Shown piece after piece: positions 9,620 to 18,699 of a stretch of 38,290 nucleotides of DNA (positions within the stretch are counted from its first letter, which is position 1; every line of letters begins with the position of its first letter). Made by a program: the position numbers and the translations under genes. Below the pieces are notes generated by a model that was given only the letters and a program-made list of their open reading frames with translations, had not been told where the DNA came from and did no database searches. Source of the DNA: Chthoniobacteraceae bacterium (GTDB lineage: Bacteria; Verrucomicrobiota; Verrucomicrobiia; Chthoniobacterales; Chthoniobacteraceae); assembly GCA_040081625.1 (NCBI GenBank), contig JBEBGD010000049.1:1-38290 (forward strand), given 5' to 3'.

Positions 9620-10840
9620 TCACGCGTAGCGGTCCGGCGAAAGCAGCGTCAGGTCATAGCGCGGCGGCTCGCGGTCCACGATCTGCGCGACGAGGTCGCC
9701 CGTAACGGGTGCGAGGCTTAAACCCATCATCGCGTGCCCGGTTGCAAGAATCAGGTTCTCCGCGGCGCGGGTGCGGCCGAGGTAGGGCAGCCCGTCGGGC
9801 GAGCATGGCCGCAGGCCGCGCCACGGCTCGATGCCGTCGAAATGCTCCCGGCGAAAGTGCGGATAGTAGCGCGGCAGCGCATTCACGATGCCCGCCACGC
9901 GACGCGCCGAAATGCGCTCGTCGAGCCCGGCAATTTCCATCGTGCCGCCGACGCGGAGCGCGCCGCCCATCGGTGTCACCGCCACGCGCGCCTCGGTGAG
10001 GATGGAGCAGATCTGTGGCAACTCGACCGGCTGCGGGAGCGTGAGGCTGTAGCCCTTTCCCGCCTGCATCGGCAGCCGCAGCCCCAGTTCGCGCACGAGC
10101 GCGGAAGACCACGCGCCGCCCGCGAGCACGAACTCATCGCCAGCGATCTCGCCACTAGTCGTTTCCACCGCGACGAGCCGCGCGCCATCGCGCCGCCATC
10201 CAGTCACCTCGGCATCGACGAGCGGACCGATACGCCGCTCCATCGCCGCGACGTATCGCTCGGGTTGAAGATGACAGTCGCGCGGGAAATGGACGCTGCC
10301 CACGACGTCCATCGTCACGCCCGGGTCGAGCGCGGCGGTCTGCTGCGCGTCGAGCACCTCGGCAGGCAGGCCGAGTTCGCGCGCCTTCGCGGCGGTGTGC
10401 GCTTCCTCGTCGAGCGCGTGCTGCGTCTTGCACAGCATGAGCAATCCCTTCCGCACGAGGCCGCACTCATCCGCGATCTGTTCGTAGGCCGCCCGGCTCG
10501 CGAGGTGCAGGTCGCGCAGCAGCGGTGCCGCCCGCTCGACGCGCTCGCGCGTGCTCGCGCGCCAGAAACGCCACGCCCACGCGATCAACTCCCAGTCGAG
10601 CCGCGGCTGGATGTAGAACGGTGACTCGGGATTCCACATCCACTTCAACCCAAGCGCGACCATGCCCGGCGCGGCGAGCGGGATGAAGTGGCTCGGCACG
10701 ATCATGCCGGCGTTGCCGAATGACGCGCCGCGCCGCGCGCGCGCCTTCTCGATCACCGTGACGCGATGCCCGCGCCGCGCGCACTCGCACGCCGCGCTCA
10801 GCCCGATCACTCCCCCGCCGATGATGACGACGTGCTTCAC
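9620..10840 (-). CDS. FAD-dependent D-amino-acid dehydrogenase (DadA family), probable D-hydroxyproline dehydrogenase
   Basis: GTG start. VVIIGGGVIG FAD motif, GASFGNAG, GKGYS, WRGLRPCSPDGLP, ATGHAMMGLSLAP. Substrate inferred from the Hyp operon context. Confidence 0.85.
   Translation of the reverse strand: MKHVVIIGGGVIGLSAACECARRGHRVTVIEKARARRGASFGNAGMIVPSHFIPLAAPGMVALGLKWMWNPESPFYIQPRLDWELIAWAWRFWRASTRERVERAAPLLRDLHLASRAAYEQIADECGLVRKGLLMLCKTQHALDEEAHTAAKARELGLPAEVLDAQQTAALDPGVTMDVVGSVHFPRDCHLQPERYVAAMERRIGPLVDAEVTGWRRDGARLVAVETTSGEIAGDEFVLAGGAWSSALVRELGLRLPMQAGKGYSLTLPQPVELPQICSILTEARVAVTPMGGALRVGGTMEIAGLDERISARRVAGIVNALPRYYPHFRREHFDGIEPWRGLRPCSPDGLPYLGRTRAAENLILATGHAMMGLSLAPVTGDLVAQIVDREPPRYDLTLLSPDRYA
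10668..10840 (-). repeat. Direct repeat copy A (5' 173 bp of the intact dehydrogenase gene)
   Basis: Aligns without gaps to 14252-14424; 19 mismatches counted by hand (154/173 identical). Confidence 0.95.
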
Positions 10841-10955
10841 ATCAGTTTGCTTTGAACGGAACGATAAGCACCCTGGTGGCCTCTCGATGAGAGGCGTCTT
10901 GACACCAATGTGCGCCGGAGAAACGCTCGCCGCAGATTAGGGCTTCAGTCTGGAT

Positions 10956-10974
10956 GGCTTTCATTGTGAAAGCC
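10956..10974. terminator. Hairpin downstream of the PIN gene (possible terminator or RNA structure)
   Basis: GGCTTTCA-ttg-TGAAAGCC, perfect 8-bp stem; no U-tract. Confidence 0.35.
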
Positions 10975-10990
10975 GCGTCCGTTGACACGG

Positions 10991-11542
10991 CTACACGAGT
11001 GATTCCAACCAGTTCTCAACGCGCAATTGCACGGGAAAAACGCCTGTGCGGAAAACGGCGTCTGCCGCGTCCTTCACGCGCGACATGCCGACGTTCCGGT
11101 CATCTGTGACAAGCACGAGATTCTGTGCAAGCGCAATGCTCGCAATGAGCAAGTCGGGTTCGTCCACCCCGAGTTCCGCTCCGGTTACTTTATCGCAAAG
11201 GTCTTCGGGACGGCGCTCTTTGTGACTGTGCGGCTTGTTTGGTCGCACAGTGCCGTGTGCGCGCCAGAGTTCGGCACGGACGGCAGCGTATGGCTGGACG
11301 CAGTGTTCGTCAAAGGGAAGTTGGGCAAAGCGCGCGATGAAGGCGCGCAGTTCCTGTCGTTTGTCTGGCCGCACGTCGGGGGCTTTCTGCATTCCGAACT
11401 CAATTTCACCGACGGCCAGCGACGGCAGCAGCACATTCTGTCCACACGATTGGAACCGCCGGATCGCCGCCGTGTGCGCCAGGCGGTTGGCGTCCGCCAG
11501 AGCGCAAATTACGTTGGTATCGAGCAGATAGACCTCGGGCAT
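10991..11542 (-). CDS. PIN-domain (VapC-like) ribonuclease, 183 aa
   Basis: Start is the ATG at 11542 (MPEVYLLDTNVI). Acidic residues in DTN, GEIEFG, PDLLIASIA and LVTDD match the PIN active-site pattern. Confidence 0.88.
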   Translation of the reverse strand: MPEVYLLDTNVICALADANRLAHTAAIRRFQSCGQNVLLPSLAVGEIEFGMQKAPDVRPDKRQELRAFIARFAQLPFDEHCVQPYAAVRAELWRAHGTVRPNKPHSHKERRPEDLCDKVTGAELGVDEPDLLIASIALAQNLVLVTDDRNVGMSRVKDAADAVFRTGVFPVQLRVENWLESLV

Positions 11543-11546
11543 GGTT

Positions 11547-14096
11547 TCATTGGACTTCTTCGAGCGCGGCCGTGAGCGCGGCGTCGCGGAGTTCGGGCAG
11601 GTGCGGCGCGATGCGTGTCGCTGTGCTGGTCTGGAAATTTTGTGAGATGAAGACGCGCAGCGGCAGATTCGGCGCGAAGTCCGGCGGGTAGTAGTCGCCA
11701 AACGCGAACGGCACGGGACGCGCCTCATTCTTGAAGAAGTCGAGCAACCGCCGCTCCAACCACGGCGGCAGGCCGTAGCCGCGCAGGATGAGCGCGTCCA
11801 TTTCGAGCAGGACACGCCGCGCCCGTTCCTCCCATGGACCACCGCCCCACAGTGGCAGGCGACTCTCCGGGCTTTCACTCATCACGGTCATGTAGGCGTC
11901 CACCAAGCCTTCGAGCGTAACCATGTCGCTCGTGGAAAGGTGGGGGATAGGGCTGTCCTTTAATGTGCGTGCTCGCACATGGCGTTTTCCTTCCTGACTG
12001 GCGACGAAGGCGGAAACAACTGGTGAATTCAAAACTGCCACCAGGACTTTCACGGACCAAGCCCCTACCGGCCACACACATTGGAAGCTCTGGGTGCAAG
12101 TCAATCCATCAAGGTCTACTGCCGCTGCCAGGCGCCACGCTCCTCGGGAGATTCTTACGGCATTCGTGACAACCTTTGGACTGGACCACTCATAATTCCA
12201 CGCACCACCCCTGCGACACTTTGGGTGAGGATTGAGCCACATTCGTTGCGGAAGCTGATACGACGCGAATCCATCCTGGACATTCCGAAACCCCTTCCAC
12301 CAACCAGGCCTTTCTGTGGCGGAAACGTATTTTCGTTCATCGAACGGCGGTTGCCATTCCACGCCGCGATGGATTCTCGCGACCGACGCGAGCTTCGGCA
12401 GGTGTTCAAGGTGCTGCCAGATTTCCTGCAAAACCGGGACATGAAAGCCCGCGATGGATTCAGCCTGAGCCGCAGTGAACTCGCCCGCGTCTTCGCGCGT
12501 CACCGCACCACGGTCGTAAAACGCAGCCAGTCCAGCCTTCTTCACCTCGCGAAAGTGAACCGTGACCTTCTCACGCGCCGCGCCGGTCGCGAGCAACAGC
12601 ACAGACTCCACGTCGGCATGACGGAAAACCTTGTCGGGCAGCGCGACGATCTCGATCTGGCCGAACCGCTGTGCAATTTCTCCGCGCACGTCGCGATAGC
12701 TCGTGCCATCCACCAGCGTGCGTGGCAGCACGAACCCGAGATTCGCACCCGCCGGCATATGTCGCAGCACACGACGGAGAACTTCCAGCGGCTTCGACGT
12801 GCCGATGTCCGCGCCGTAGTCGCGACGCTCCGCCTTGCTGAATTCCTCGAACGGCGGATTACACAGAACGACCCGCGCCGTGTCGAGCGCCTCGACGAGT
12901 TTCCGCGACGTGAAGACATCAGCAGGCGGCAGATTCCAGCCATTGGGATTCGGGAAGTCCGCAAGCGTGAGGCAGAGTTTGCAGACTTCGCGGGCGAAGG
13001 CGTCGCGCTCGAAGCCGAGCAACCGGTCGGCGAAATAGCGGTGCCGCCGCCGCGCGTCCCACGATGGGTCGAGCAAGTCGCGCAACCGCTTCAGCGCCGC
13101 GATTAGGAAAACGCCGTGCCCGGAACAAGGCTCGACCACGACGCGTTCGCACTCCGCGATGGACTCGAACGGCATTCGCTCGACCACGTAGCGCGCGATT
13201 CGATGCGGCGTGCTGTGGATGCCGTTGTCCCGCCGCAGCTTGTCGTCCACGAGCGTATTCTCATAGACGAAGGCGAGCGCATCCACGGAGAGATTTTGAA
13301 ACGTGAGTCCTGTCCACAACGCAGCTGCGACGGCTTGCTGCGCGTCAGGGCCGGCCAGATAGTTGTGCGGCTCCTGGTAGTATTCGCAGACGGCGCGCAG
13401 GACTTCGCGAGCATCGACGGTTGCGTCGAGTTGTCGAAAGACACCGACCTTTCGGTCATGGAAAACTTTCCCGGACAGTAATCGGAAAACGAGTCGGTAA
13501 AGTTCCTCGGCATGCGGCGGGTGACCCGTCGATCGGCGATACGCGCGCTGGCCTGCTCGGAGTGCATTCGTGAGCAACCCGTCGAGCTTGCGGCTGATTT
13601 CACCTTCGAGTGCGGGAATGAGGCCCATGTCCACCCAATCCACTTCGGACGGCCCGGTTCCTTTTCCGATGTTCTTGGCGCGCACGACTTCGTCGCGACT
13701 CCATTTCTTGCCAACGGAAGTAAAAAACCTGTCCAACGCATCGGCTGGAATGCGACCGACTGGCGCGCGCGTCGTCGTTTCGTCCTGGCCAATGCACCAC
13801 GGCACTATGCCATCATCCCGCACTTCGATGCCGAACGGCGCACCGAGCGAGCGGTAGCGCAATGGAGGGGCGCCGCCGTTTTGCAGAAACACCGCCACGC
13901 ACGCCGAATCGTAATCCGCCGGTTCGCGTGCAAAGGCAGCCGCGGGAACCTTCACTCGGTCATTCTGCCCGCCAAACCAATCCGAGAACTCGTAGCCCCG
14001 TTGGCACAGCCGCCCGCTATAGCCAAGTGCCTCGATGCCGTTCAAAACGGCGTCAAATACACGCTTTTGGCGTTCGCTACGAGAATCATCAGGCAT
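11547..14096 (-). CDS. N6-adenine DNA methyltransferase, gamma class (Eco57I/Type IIG-like), with C-terminal target-recognition region
   Basis: 849 aa. GIHSTP (motif X), EPCSGHGVFL (motif I), VLCNPPF (motif IV), LGFVLP, and a C-terminal VAVLNSPV typical of TaqI-C-like regions. Confidence 0.88.
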   Translation of the reverse strand: MPDDSRSERQKRVFDAVLNGIEALGYSGRLCQRGYEFSDWFGGQNDRVKVPAAAFAREPADYDSACVAVFLQNGGAPPLRYRSLGAPFGIEVRDDGIVPWCIGQDETTTRAPVGRIPADALDRFFTSVGKKWSRDEVVRAKNIGKGTGPSEVDWVDMGLIPALEGEISRKLDGLLTNALRAGQRAYRRSTGHPPHAEELYRLVFRLLSGKVFHDRKVGVFRQLDATVDAREVLRAVCEYYQEPHNYLAGPDAQQAVAAALWTGLTFQNLSVDALAFVYENTLVDDKLRRDNGIHSTPHRIARYVVERMPFESIAECERVVVEPCSGHGVFLIAALKRLRDLLDPSWDARRRHRYFADRLLGFERDAFAREVCKLCLTLADFPNPNGWNLPPADVFTSRKLVEALDTARVVLCNPPFEEFSKAERRDYGADIGTSKPLEVLRRVLRHMPAGANLGFVLPRTLVDGTSYRDVRGEIAQRFGQIEIVALPDKVFRHADVESVLLLATGAAREKVTVHFREVKKAGLAAFYDRGAVTREDAGEFTAAQAESIAGFHVPVLQEIWQHLEHLPKLASVARIHRGVEWQPPFDERKYVSATERPGWWKGFRNVQDGFASYQLPQRMWLNPHPKCRRGGAWNYEWSSPKVVTNAVRISRGAWRLAAAVDLDGLTCTQSFQCVWPVGAWSVKVLVAVLNSPVVSAFVASQEGKRHVRARTLKDSPIPHLSTSDMVTLEGLVDAYMTVMSESPESRLPLWGGGPWEERARRVLLEMDALILRGYGLPPWLERRLLDFFKNEARPVPFAFGDYYPPDFAPNLPLRVFISQNFQTSTATRIAPHLPELRDAALTAALEEVQ

Positions 14097-14197
14097 GAAA
14101 TCAGACCTGTTTTAACCGGGCGCCCAGACGAACGCAATCTGTGGGATGCAAGCGGTGGATACTTGCGGCGTCGGTCGATGTTGAGACAGCGGGAGCG

Positions 14198-14228
14198 AGT
14201 ATTCGGCCAAGCGTGGGAATCGAATACT
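14198..14228. promoter_or_regulatory. Inverted repeat upstream of the MTase (operator or islet-end candidate)
   Basis: AGTATTCG-N15-CGAATACT, perfect 8-bp arms. Confidence 0.35.
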
Positions 14229-14251
14229 GACTCACGCCGCCGCGCCTCGCA

Positions 14252-14424
14252 GGCGCGGCGAGCGGGATGAAGTGACTCGGCACGATCATGCCCGCGTTGC
14301 CTAGCGAGGCGCCGCGCTGCTTGCGCGACTTCTCGACCACCGTCACACGATGCCCGCGCCGCGCGCACTCGCTCGCCGCGCTCAGGCCGATCACGCCACC
14401 GCCGACGATGACGACGTGCTTCAT
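14252..14424 (-). pseudogene. Truncated 5' fragment of the dehydrogenase gene (repeat copy B); the frame stays open to the stop at 14101
   Basis: [58 protein letters not shown] followed by unrelated sequence. Its ATG overlaps the upstream stop (ATGA 14421-14424). Confidence 0.9.
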
Positions 14425-15524
14425 TCCACCACCACCACCGGCTCGCCGAGCACATCCATCCTCGGCGAGATGCCGAGCCCGGGCTCGGTGCTCGCGCGCA
14501 TGAACCCGTTCTCGCGCTTCGGCGCGCCTTCGGCGGTCGAGACGGTGACGTAGCTGTTGAAGTCGGTGCTCGTGAAACGGAACTCCTCCGGCGTGCTGTG
14601 CGCGAGGTGAGCGATGGCCGAGGTCGTGATGTCGCCGCCCCATGAATCTTCGAGCGTCATTGCGATGCCCATGCTCGCGCACAGGTCGCGCACCTGCCGC
14701 GTCTTGGTGAGGCCGCCGAGCTTGCTGATCTTCAAATTGACCACGTCCATCGCGAGGTCGGCCTTGGCGCGCAGGAGCATGTCGAGGCCGTCCACGTTTT
14801 CATCGAGCACGAAGGGATGGTCCGTGTGGCGCCGCACCGCGAGGCACTCCTCGTAGGTCAGGCACGGCTGCTCGATGTAAACGTCCACGTCGCGCACGGC
14901 ACGGACCACGCGCATCGCCTCGTGCTGTGTCCAGCCGGTGTTCGCATCGGCCACGAGCCGGTCGCTCGATTGCAGCATCGCGCGCACGGCGCGGATGCGA
15001 TCGATGTCTGTGTCCGGGTCGCCGCCGACCTTGAGTTGAAAGCGCGTGTAACCATCCGCGCGATAGCCCGCGACCTTCTTCGCCATGACCTCGGGTTCCT
15101 CCTGCGAGATGGCGCGGTAAAGCCGCACGCTCTCGCCGAAGCGCCCGCCCATCAGCACGCACACGGGCAGCCCGGCCGCCTGACCGAGGATGTCCCAGCA
15201 CGCGATGTCGATGCCGCTCTTCACGTAGGGATGGCCCTTGAGCGCGGCGTCCATCCGGTGATTGAGCTTCGCGAGTTCGCGAGGATCGAAGCCGAGCAGG
15301 TGCGGACCGAGTTCGCGAAGGCCGGCACGCACGCCCTCGGCGTATGCCGGCAAATAGAACGGCCCGAGCGGACACACCTCGCCGTGCCCGACGAAGCCGG
15401 CATCGGTCTCGACGCGCACGATGGTGCTGTCGAAAACGCTGACCGACTTGCCGCCGGACCATTTGTAGCTGCCCTCGTGCAGCGGCAGCTCGACGCGATA
15501 GGCGAGGATGCGGGTGATCTTCAT
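14421..15524 (-). CDS. Enolase-superfamily (MR/MLE) enzyme, probable cis-3-hydroxy-L-proline dehydratase
   Basis: 367 aa. FQLKVG, DANTGW, IEQP, LDE, NLKISK. Segments such as [13 protein letters not shown] and EDSWGGD resemble the c3LHyp dehydratase subgroup as I recall it; Hyp operon context agrees. Confidence 0.8.
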   Translation of the reverse strand: MKITRILAYRVELPLHEGSYKWSGGKSVSVFDSTIVRVETDAGFVGHGEVCPLGPFYLPAYAEGVRAGLRELGPHLLGFDPRELAKLNHRMDAALKGHPYVKSGIDIACWDILGQAAGLPVCVLMGGRFGESVRLYRAISQEEPEVMAKKVAGYRADGYTRFQLKVGGDPDTDIDRIRAVRAMLQSSDRLVADANTGWTQHEAMRVVRAVRDVDVYIEQPCLTYEECLAVRRHTDHPFVLDENVDGLDMLLRAKADLAMDVVNLKISKLGGLTKTRQVRDLCASMGIAMTLEDSWGGDITTSAIAHLAHSTPEEFRFTSTDFNSYVTVSTAEGAPKRENGFMRASTEPGLGISPRMDVLGEPVVVVE

Positions 15525-16987
15525 TTCTTTCCGGGCTTCTTCTTCGCGCCGCCGGCGCTCGCCTTGTAGGTCGGATCGTCCTGCTTGCCGAACTTCGCGC
15601 GGCGGTCGCGCTCGTGCCGCTCCGTGCTCGTGAAGGTGCCTTCGCGCACCGGTTCGTGCGCCTTCGTCGCGAGCGCGGTGAGCTTCGCGAGAACTTCGGG
15701 CTTTGCGTCAGCGAGGTTCTTCGACTCGCTCGGGTCGGCGGTGAGATCGTAGAGTTCCCATGCCGCATTCGGTTTCGGTTTCACCGCGCGCCATGTGCCC
15801 TGACGGATCGCGGTCCACCCGCTGATCTCCCAATAGAGATACTCGTGCTGCACTTGTTTGCGGCCGGCGGCGGATTCACCGATCAGCTCCGGCAAAATCG
15901 AGAGACCGTCCACGTCGGCGGGAGCGGCGGCACCGGCGACTTCGGCGATTGTCGGCAGCATGTCGGGGAAGTAGCCGAGGTAATCGCTCACGCGTCCGGG
16001 CGCGATCTTCCCCGGCCAGCGCGCGATGAACGGAACGCGCAGACCGCCCTCGTAAAGCGTGCCCTTTGTGCCGCGATACTCTACGCCGGTCTGCGGATGC
16101 TTGTTTGCGGAATGCACGCCGCGCGGATGCTCGGGCGACTTGAAGTAATCGTTGCCGCCATTGTCGCCGCTGAAGAAGACGAGCGTGTTGTCGTCGATGC
16201 CGAGTTCCTTGAGCAGCGCGAGCACTTCGCCGACCTGCCGGTCCACCATTCCGACCATCGCCGCATATCGGCGCGCGTCCTCGGTCCACGGCTTGTCTTT
16301 ATAAAGGGCCCACGCGGGATCGGCGTCGGGGATGTTGAAGTTCCCGTGCGGCGGCGTGTAGGGCAGGTAGGCGAAGAACGGTTGCTTGCCGTGATCGCGG
16401 ATGAACTTCATCGCCGCGTCGTGGATCACGTAGTGCGAGTAGGTCTGCCCGGCGCTGCCACCGCTGTTGCCCGCGAGCGGCACCTCCTCGCTGTTTCGAA
16501 TGAGATACGGCGGGAAGTAGGTGTGCGCGTGGACCTGGTCGTAGTAGCCGAGGAATGTGTCGAACCCGTGCTTCTCCGGCACGCCCGTCGAGCCGCGCCC
16601 GCCGCAGCCCCACTTGCCGAAACCGCCCGTCGCATAGCCGCGCTTTTTCAGCACCGACGCGATCGTCTCCTCCTCCGCGCGCAGCGGCGTGCCGCCGCCA
16701 TTCGCGCGCACCGACGTGTGCCCGCTGTGCTTGCCGGTGAGGAAGCAGCCGCGCGTCGGCGCGCACACCGACGAGCCGGCGAAGAGGTTGTTGAAGCGGA
16801 TGCCCTCCGCGGCCATGCGGTCGAGGTTCGGTGTCTGGATGTTGCGCCCACCCATGAAGCCCGGCTCGTAGTAGCCGAGCTCGTCGGCCATGATGTAGAT
16901 GACGTTCGGCCGCGGGCCGGTCTCGGCGGCGAGCACCGCGCTGGCGAAGGAGCACAGCAGCGCTCCGAGAATGGATTTCATGTTCAT
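15521..16987 (-). CDS. Secreted Cys-type sulfatase (S1 family)
   Basis: Signal peptide; [17 protein letters not shown] formylglycine motif; [17 protein letters not shown]. Confidence 0.93.
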   Translation of the reverse strand: MNMKSILGALLCSFASAVLAAETGPRPNVIYIMADELGYYEPGFMGGRNIQTPNLDRMAAEGIRFNNLFAGSSVCAPTRGCFLTGKHSGHTSVRANGGGTPLRAEEETIASVLKKRGYATGGFGKWGCGGRGSTGVPEKHGFDTFLGYYDQVHAHTYFPPYLIRNSEEVPLAGNSGGSAGQTYSHYVIHDAAMKFIRDHGKQPFFAYLPYTPPHGNFNIPDADPAWALYKDKPWTEDARRYAAMVGMVDRQVGEVLALLKELGIDDNTLVFFSGDNGGNDYFKSPEHPRGVHSANKHPQTGVEYRGTKGTLYEGGLRVPFIARWPGKIAPGRVSDYLGYFPDMLPTIAEVAGAAAPADVDGLSILPELIGESAAGRKQVQHEYLYWEISGWTAIRQGTWRAVKPKPNAAWELYDLTADPSESKNLADAKPEVLAKLTALATKAHEPVREGTFTSTERHERDRRAKFGKQDDPTYKASAGGAKKKPGKK

Positions 16988-18699
16988 GGGTTCGATCGGA
17001 TTCGGGGTTGCGGGGTTGCGCTCCAGAGTCGTTCGAGGATCGCGAACATCTCCGGGTCGTGTTGTTTCAACTCATCGCGGGTGAAGGGAAAGAAGTCGTT
17101 GCGGCCGAAATACGCCTCCGTCGTCTCGGCGAAGTATTCCTTGTGGTTGGTGATCGCGTAGGCGCGCTCGCGCGTGTTCGGCTTTCCGTCGGTGCGCTGG
17201 CGCTCGACGGCGTCGTAGCTCTTCGCGGCCTTTGCGTGCTCGAAGGCGGCGATGATCTCGGGCTGGTCGAAGCCGAGCACGCGGTCGTGATACGCGTGCG
17301 CCAGCTCGTGCAGCACGAAGACCGGCATCCGCTTCACCTCCGCGTCGAAGATGCGGACGTTCGTGAACTCGACCGCCTTCGTCATCGCCGCATCGCGCCC
17401 GTTCGCGCGCAGCCAGCCTGCATCGGGATGATACTCCGCCCTCGGCCGCACCCCGTCATACTCGGGCGAAACGTAGAGCGGCACTTTCTTAAGCTCGACC
17501 ACCGCCGCGGGCGGCACGACGCGGATGATATCGTCGAGCTGCGCCTTGAGTTGCACGAGCGCCCGCTCCGCCGCGGCACCGTCGAGCGCGTTGCCGACGT
17601 GAACTGTCCATCCCGAGATGTCGCGCGTGTCGCGTCCGTTCGCCGCGGCGTCGCGCGCCCTCGCCTTTGTGCGGATCTCGTCCTTCACCTTCGTGAGTCG
17701 CTCGGGCCAGACGAACGTCGGCGCCTTCGCCGGATCGTAACCCGCCATGTGGCCGGTGAGGCGCGTCGCGGGCTTGGTGTATTTGATCACGGTGTCGCCG
17801 AAGACTTCGCGGCACATCGCAGCGAGGCCGGGATCGTATTCGAGCAACTCGGTGCGGGTGTTCACGTGGTTGTGGTCGTGGTCGTTCTCGCGGTTGTCGT
17901 CGAACCACGACTGCACTCCCTCGGCGAAATACTCGTGGTGATTCGTGCTCGCATACTTGCCCTTCCAGAGCCCGGCCTTCATGGCCGCGTCGTAGCTTGC
18001 CTTGAGCCGCGCGTCGAAGGTCGGATCGACATTCACCATGCCTCGAAGGTGGATGTTGTGTGCAAACTCGTGGATCACGATGTTCTCGGTCGAGTAGGGA
18101 TCGCCGGGATAGCCGAGGACGTTTTCCTCCGCGCATGAGCAATACGGATCAGTCAGGCTGCCACCCATGCCCCGCGCACGGGCGTCGCGATAATCCTTCG
18201 GAGTGAGGTGCGCCCACTCCGGCAGATCGGTCGTGTATTCGTCGTGCGCCATGATGCACATGCGCGCGCCGCTCTTGATCATCGCCGCGCGCACGTCGGG
18301 CCGGTTCGCGAGCATCAGGTCCGCGAGATACGCGACTTCCTTCAGCGCGTAGGGATTCACTTTTGCGGAAGCGACGATCGGAAAGCCGCCCGCGCTGATC
18401 GACTGCGTGTAAATCGCCGGCACACCGCCGAAGCGAAAGCCCTGCACCGGCACCTCGCTCGTGACCGTCGCCTCCGTCTTGCTGTCGCGGCCGACGAGCG
18501 CGAAACGATGCCCGATGGTGGTCGTGATGATCGTGTTCTTGCCCGCTTCCACGCTGCCGTTCGGCACGCGTTCGCTCGCGCTCTTGAGCCAGTAAACATC
18601 GACCGGTTCGCTGCTGCTGTTGATGATCTGCAATCGCGGGCGCTCGGCGGCGAGTGCCGGGACGATGACGATGAGGAAGAGGGCGAGGATGGATTTCAT
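16984..18699 (-). CDS. Secreted zinc metallopeptidase, 571 aa: VHL-beta-like N-domain plus two tandem HExxH (lethal-factor/MtfA-like) domains
   Basis: Start is the ATG at 18699 (ATGA overlap). Signal peptide [22 protein letters not shown]...[12 protein letters not shown] and HELAH...[12 protein letters not shown]. Confidence 0.82.
   Translation of the reverse strand: MKSILALFLIVIVPALAAERPRLQIINSSSEPVDVYWLKSASERVPNGSVEAGKNTIITTTIGHRFALVGRDSKTEATVTSEVPVQGFRFGGVPAIYTQSISAGGFPIVASAKVNPYALKEVAYLADLMLANRPDVRAAMIKSGARMCIMAHDEYTTDLPEWAHLTPKDYRDARARGMGGSLTDPYCSCAEENVLGYPGDPYSTENIVIHEFAHNIHLRGMVNVDPTFDARLKASYDAAMKAGLWKGKYASTNHHEYFAEGVQSWFDDNRENDHDHNHVNTRTELLEYDPGLAAMCREVFGDTVIKYTKPATRLTGHMAGYDPAKAPTFVWPERLTKVKDEIRTKARARDAAANGRDTRDISGWTVHVGNALDGAAAERALVQLKAQLDDIIRVVPPAAVVELKKVPLYVSPEYDGVRPRAEYHPDAGWLRANGRDAAMTKAVEFTNVRIFDAEVKRMPVFVLHELAHAYHDRVLGFDQPEIIAAFEHAKAAKSYDAVERQRTDGKPNTRERAYAITNHKEYFAETTEAYFGRNDFFPFTRDELKQHDPEMFAILERLWSATPQPRIRSNP

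Larger units (their letters stand above)
10841..14251. mobile_element. ~3.4-kb inserted islet (MTase + PIN), no integrase
   Basis: Flanked by the 173-bp direct repeat, interrupts a coupled operon, and has visibly more A/T-ending codons than the flanks. Confidence 0.75.

Noticed and set aside
10899..10987. Two TTGACA hexamers on the + strand as antisense promoters
   Set aside because: Neither has a credible -10 element at 16-18 bp.
11543..11878. N-terminal extension of the PIN ORF as a fused antitoxin
   Set aside because: It overlaps the MTase in another frame and looks like low-complexity off-frame translation; the PIN motif begins right after the ATG at 11542.
15521..15560. Lys-rich C-terminal tails on sulfatases and the adaptor as a new sorting signal
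   Set aside because: No shared motif beyond composition; too weak to support from this window.
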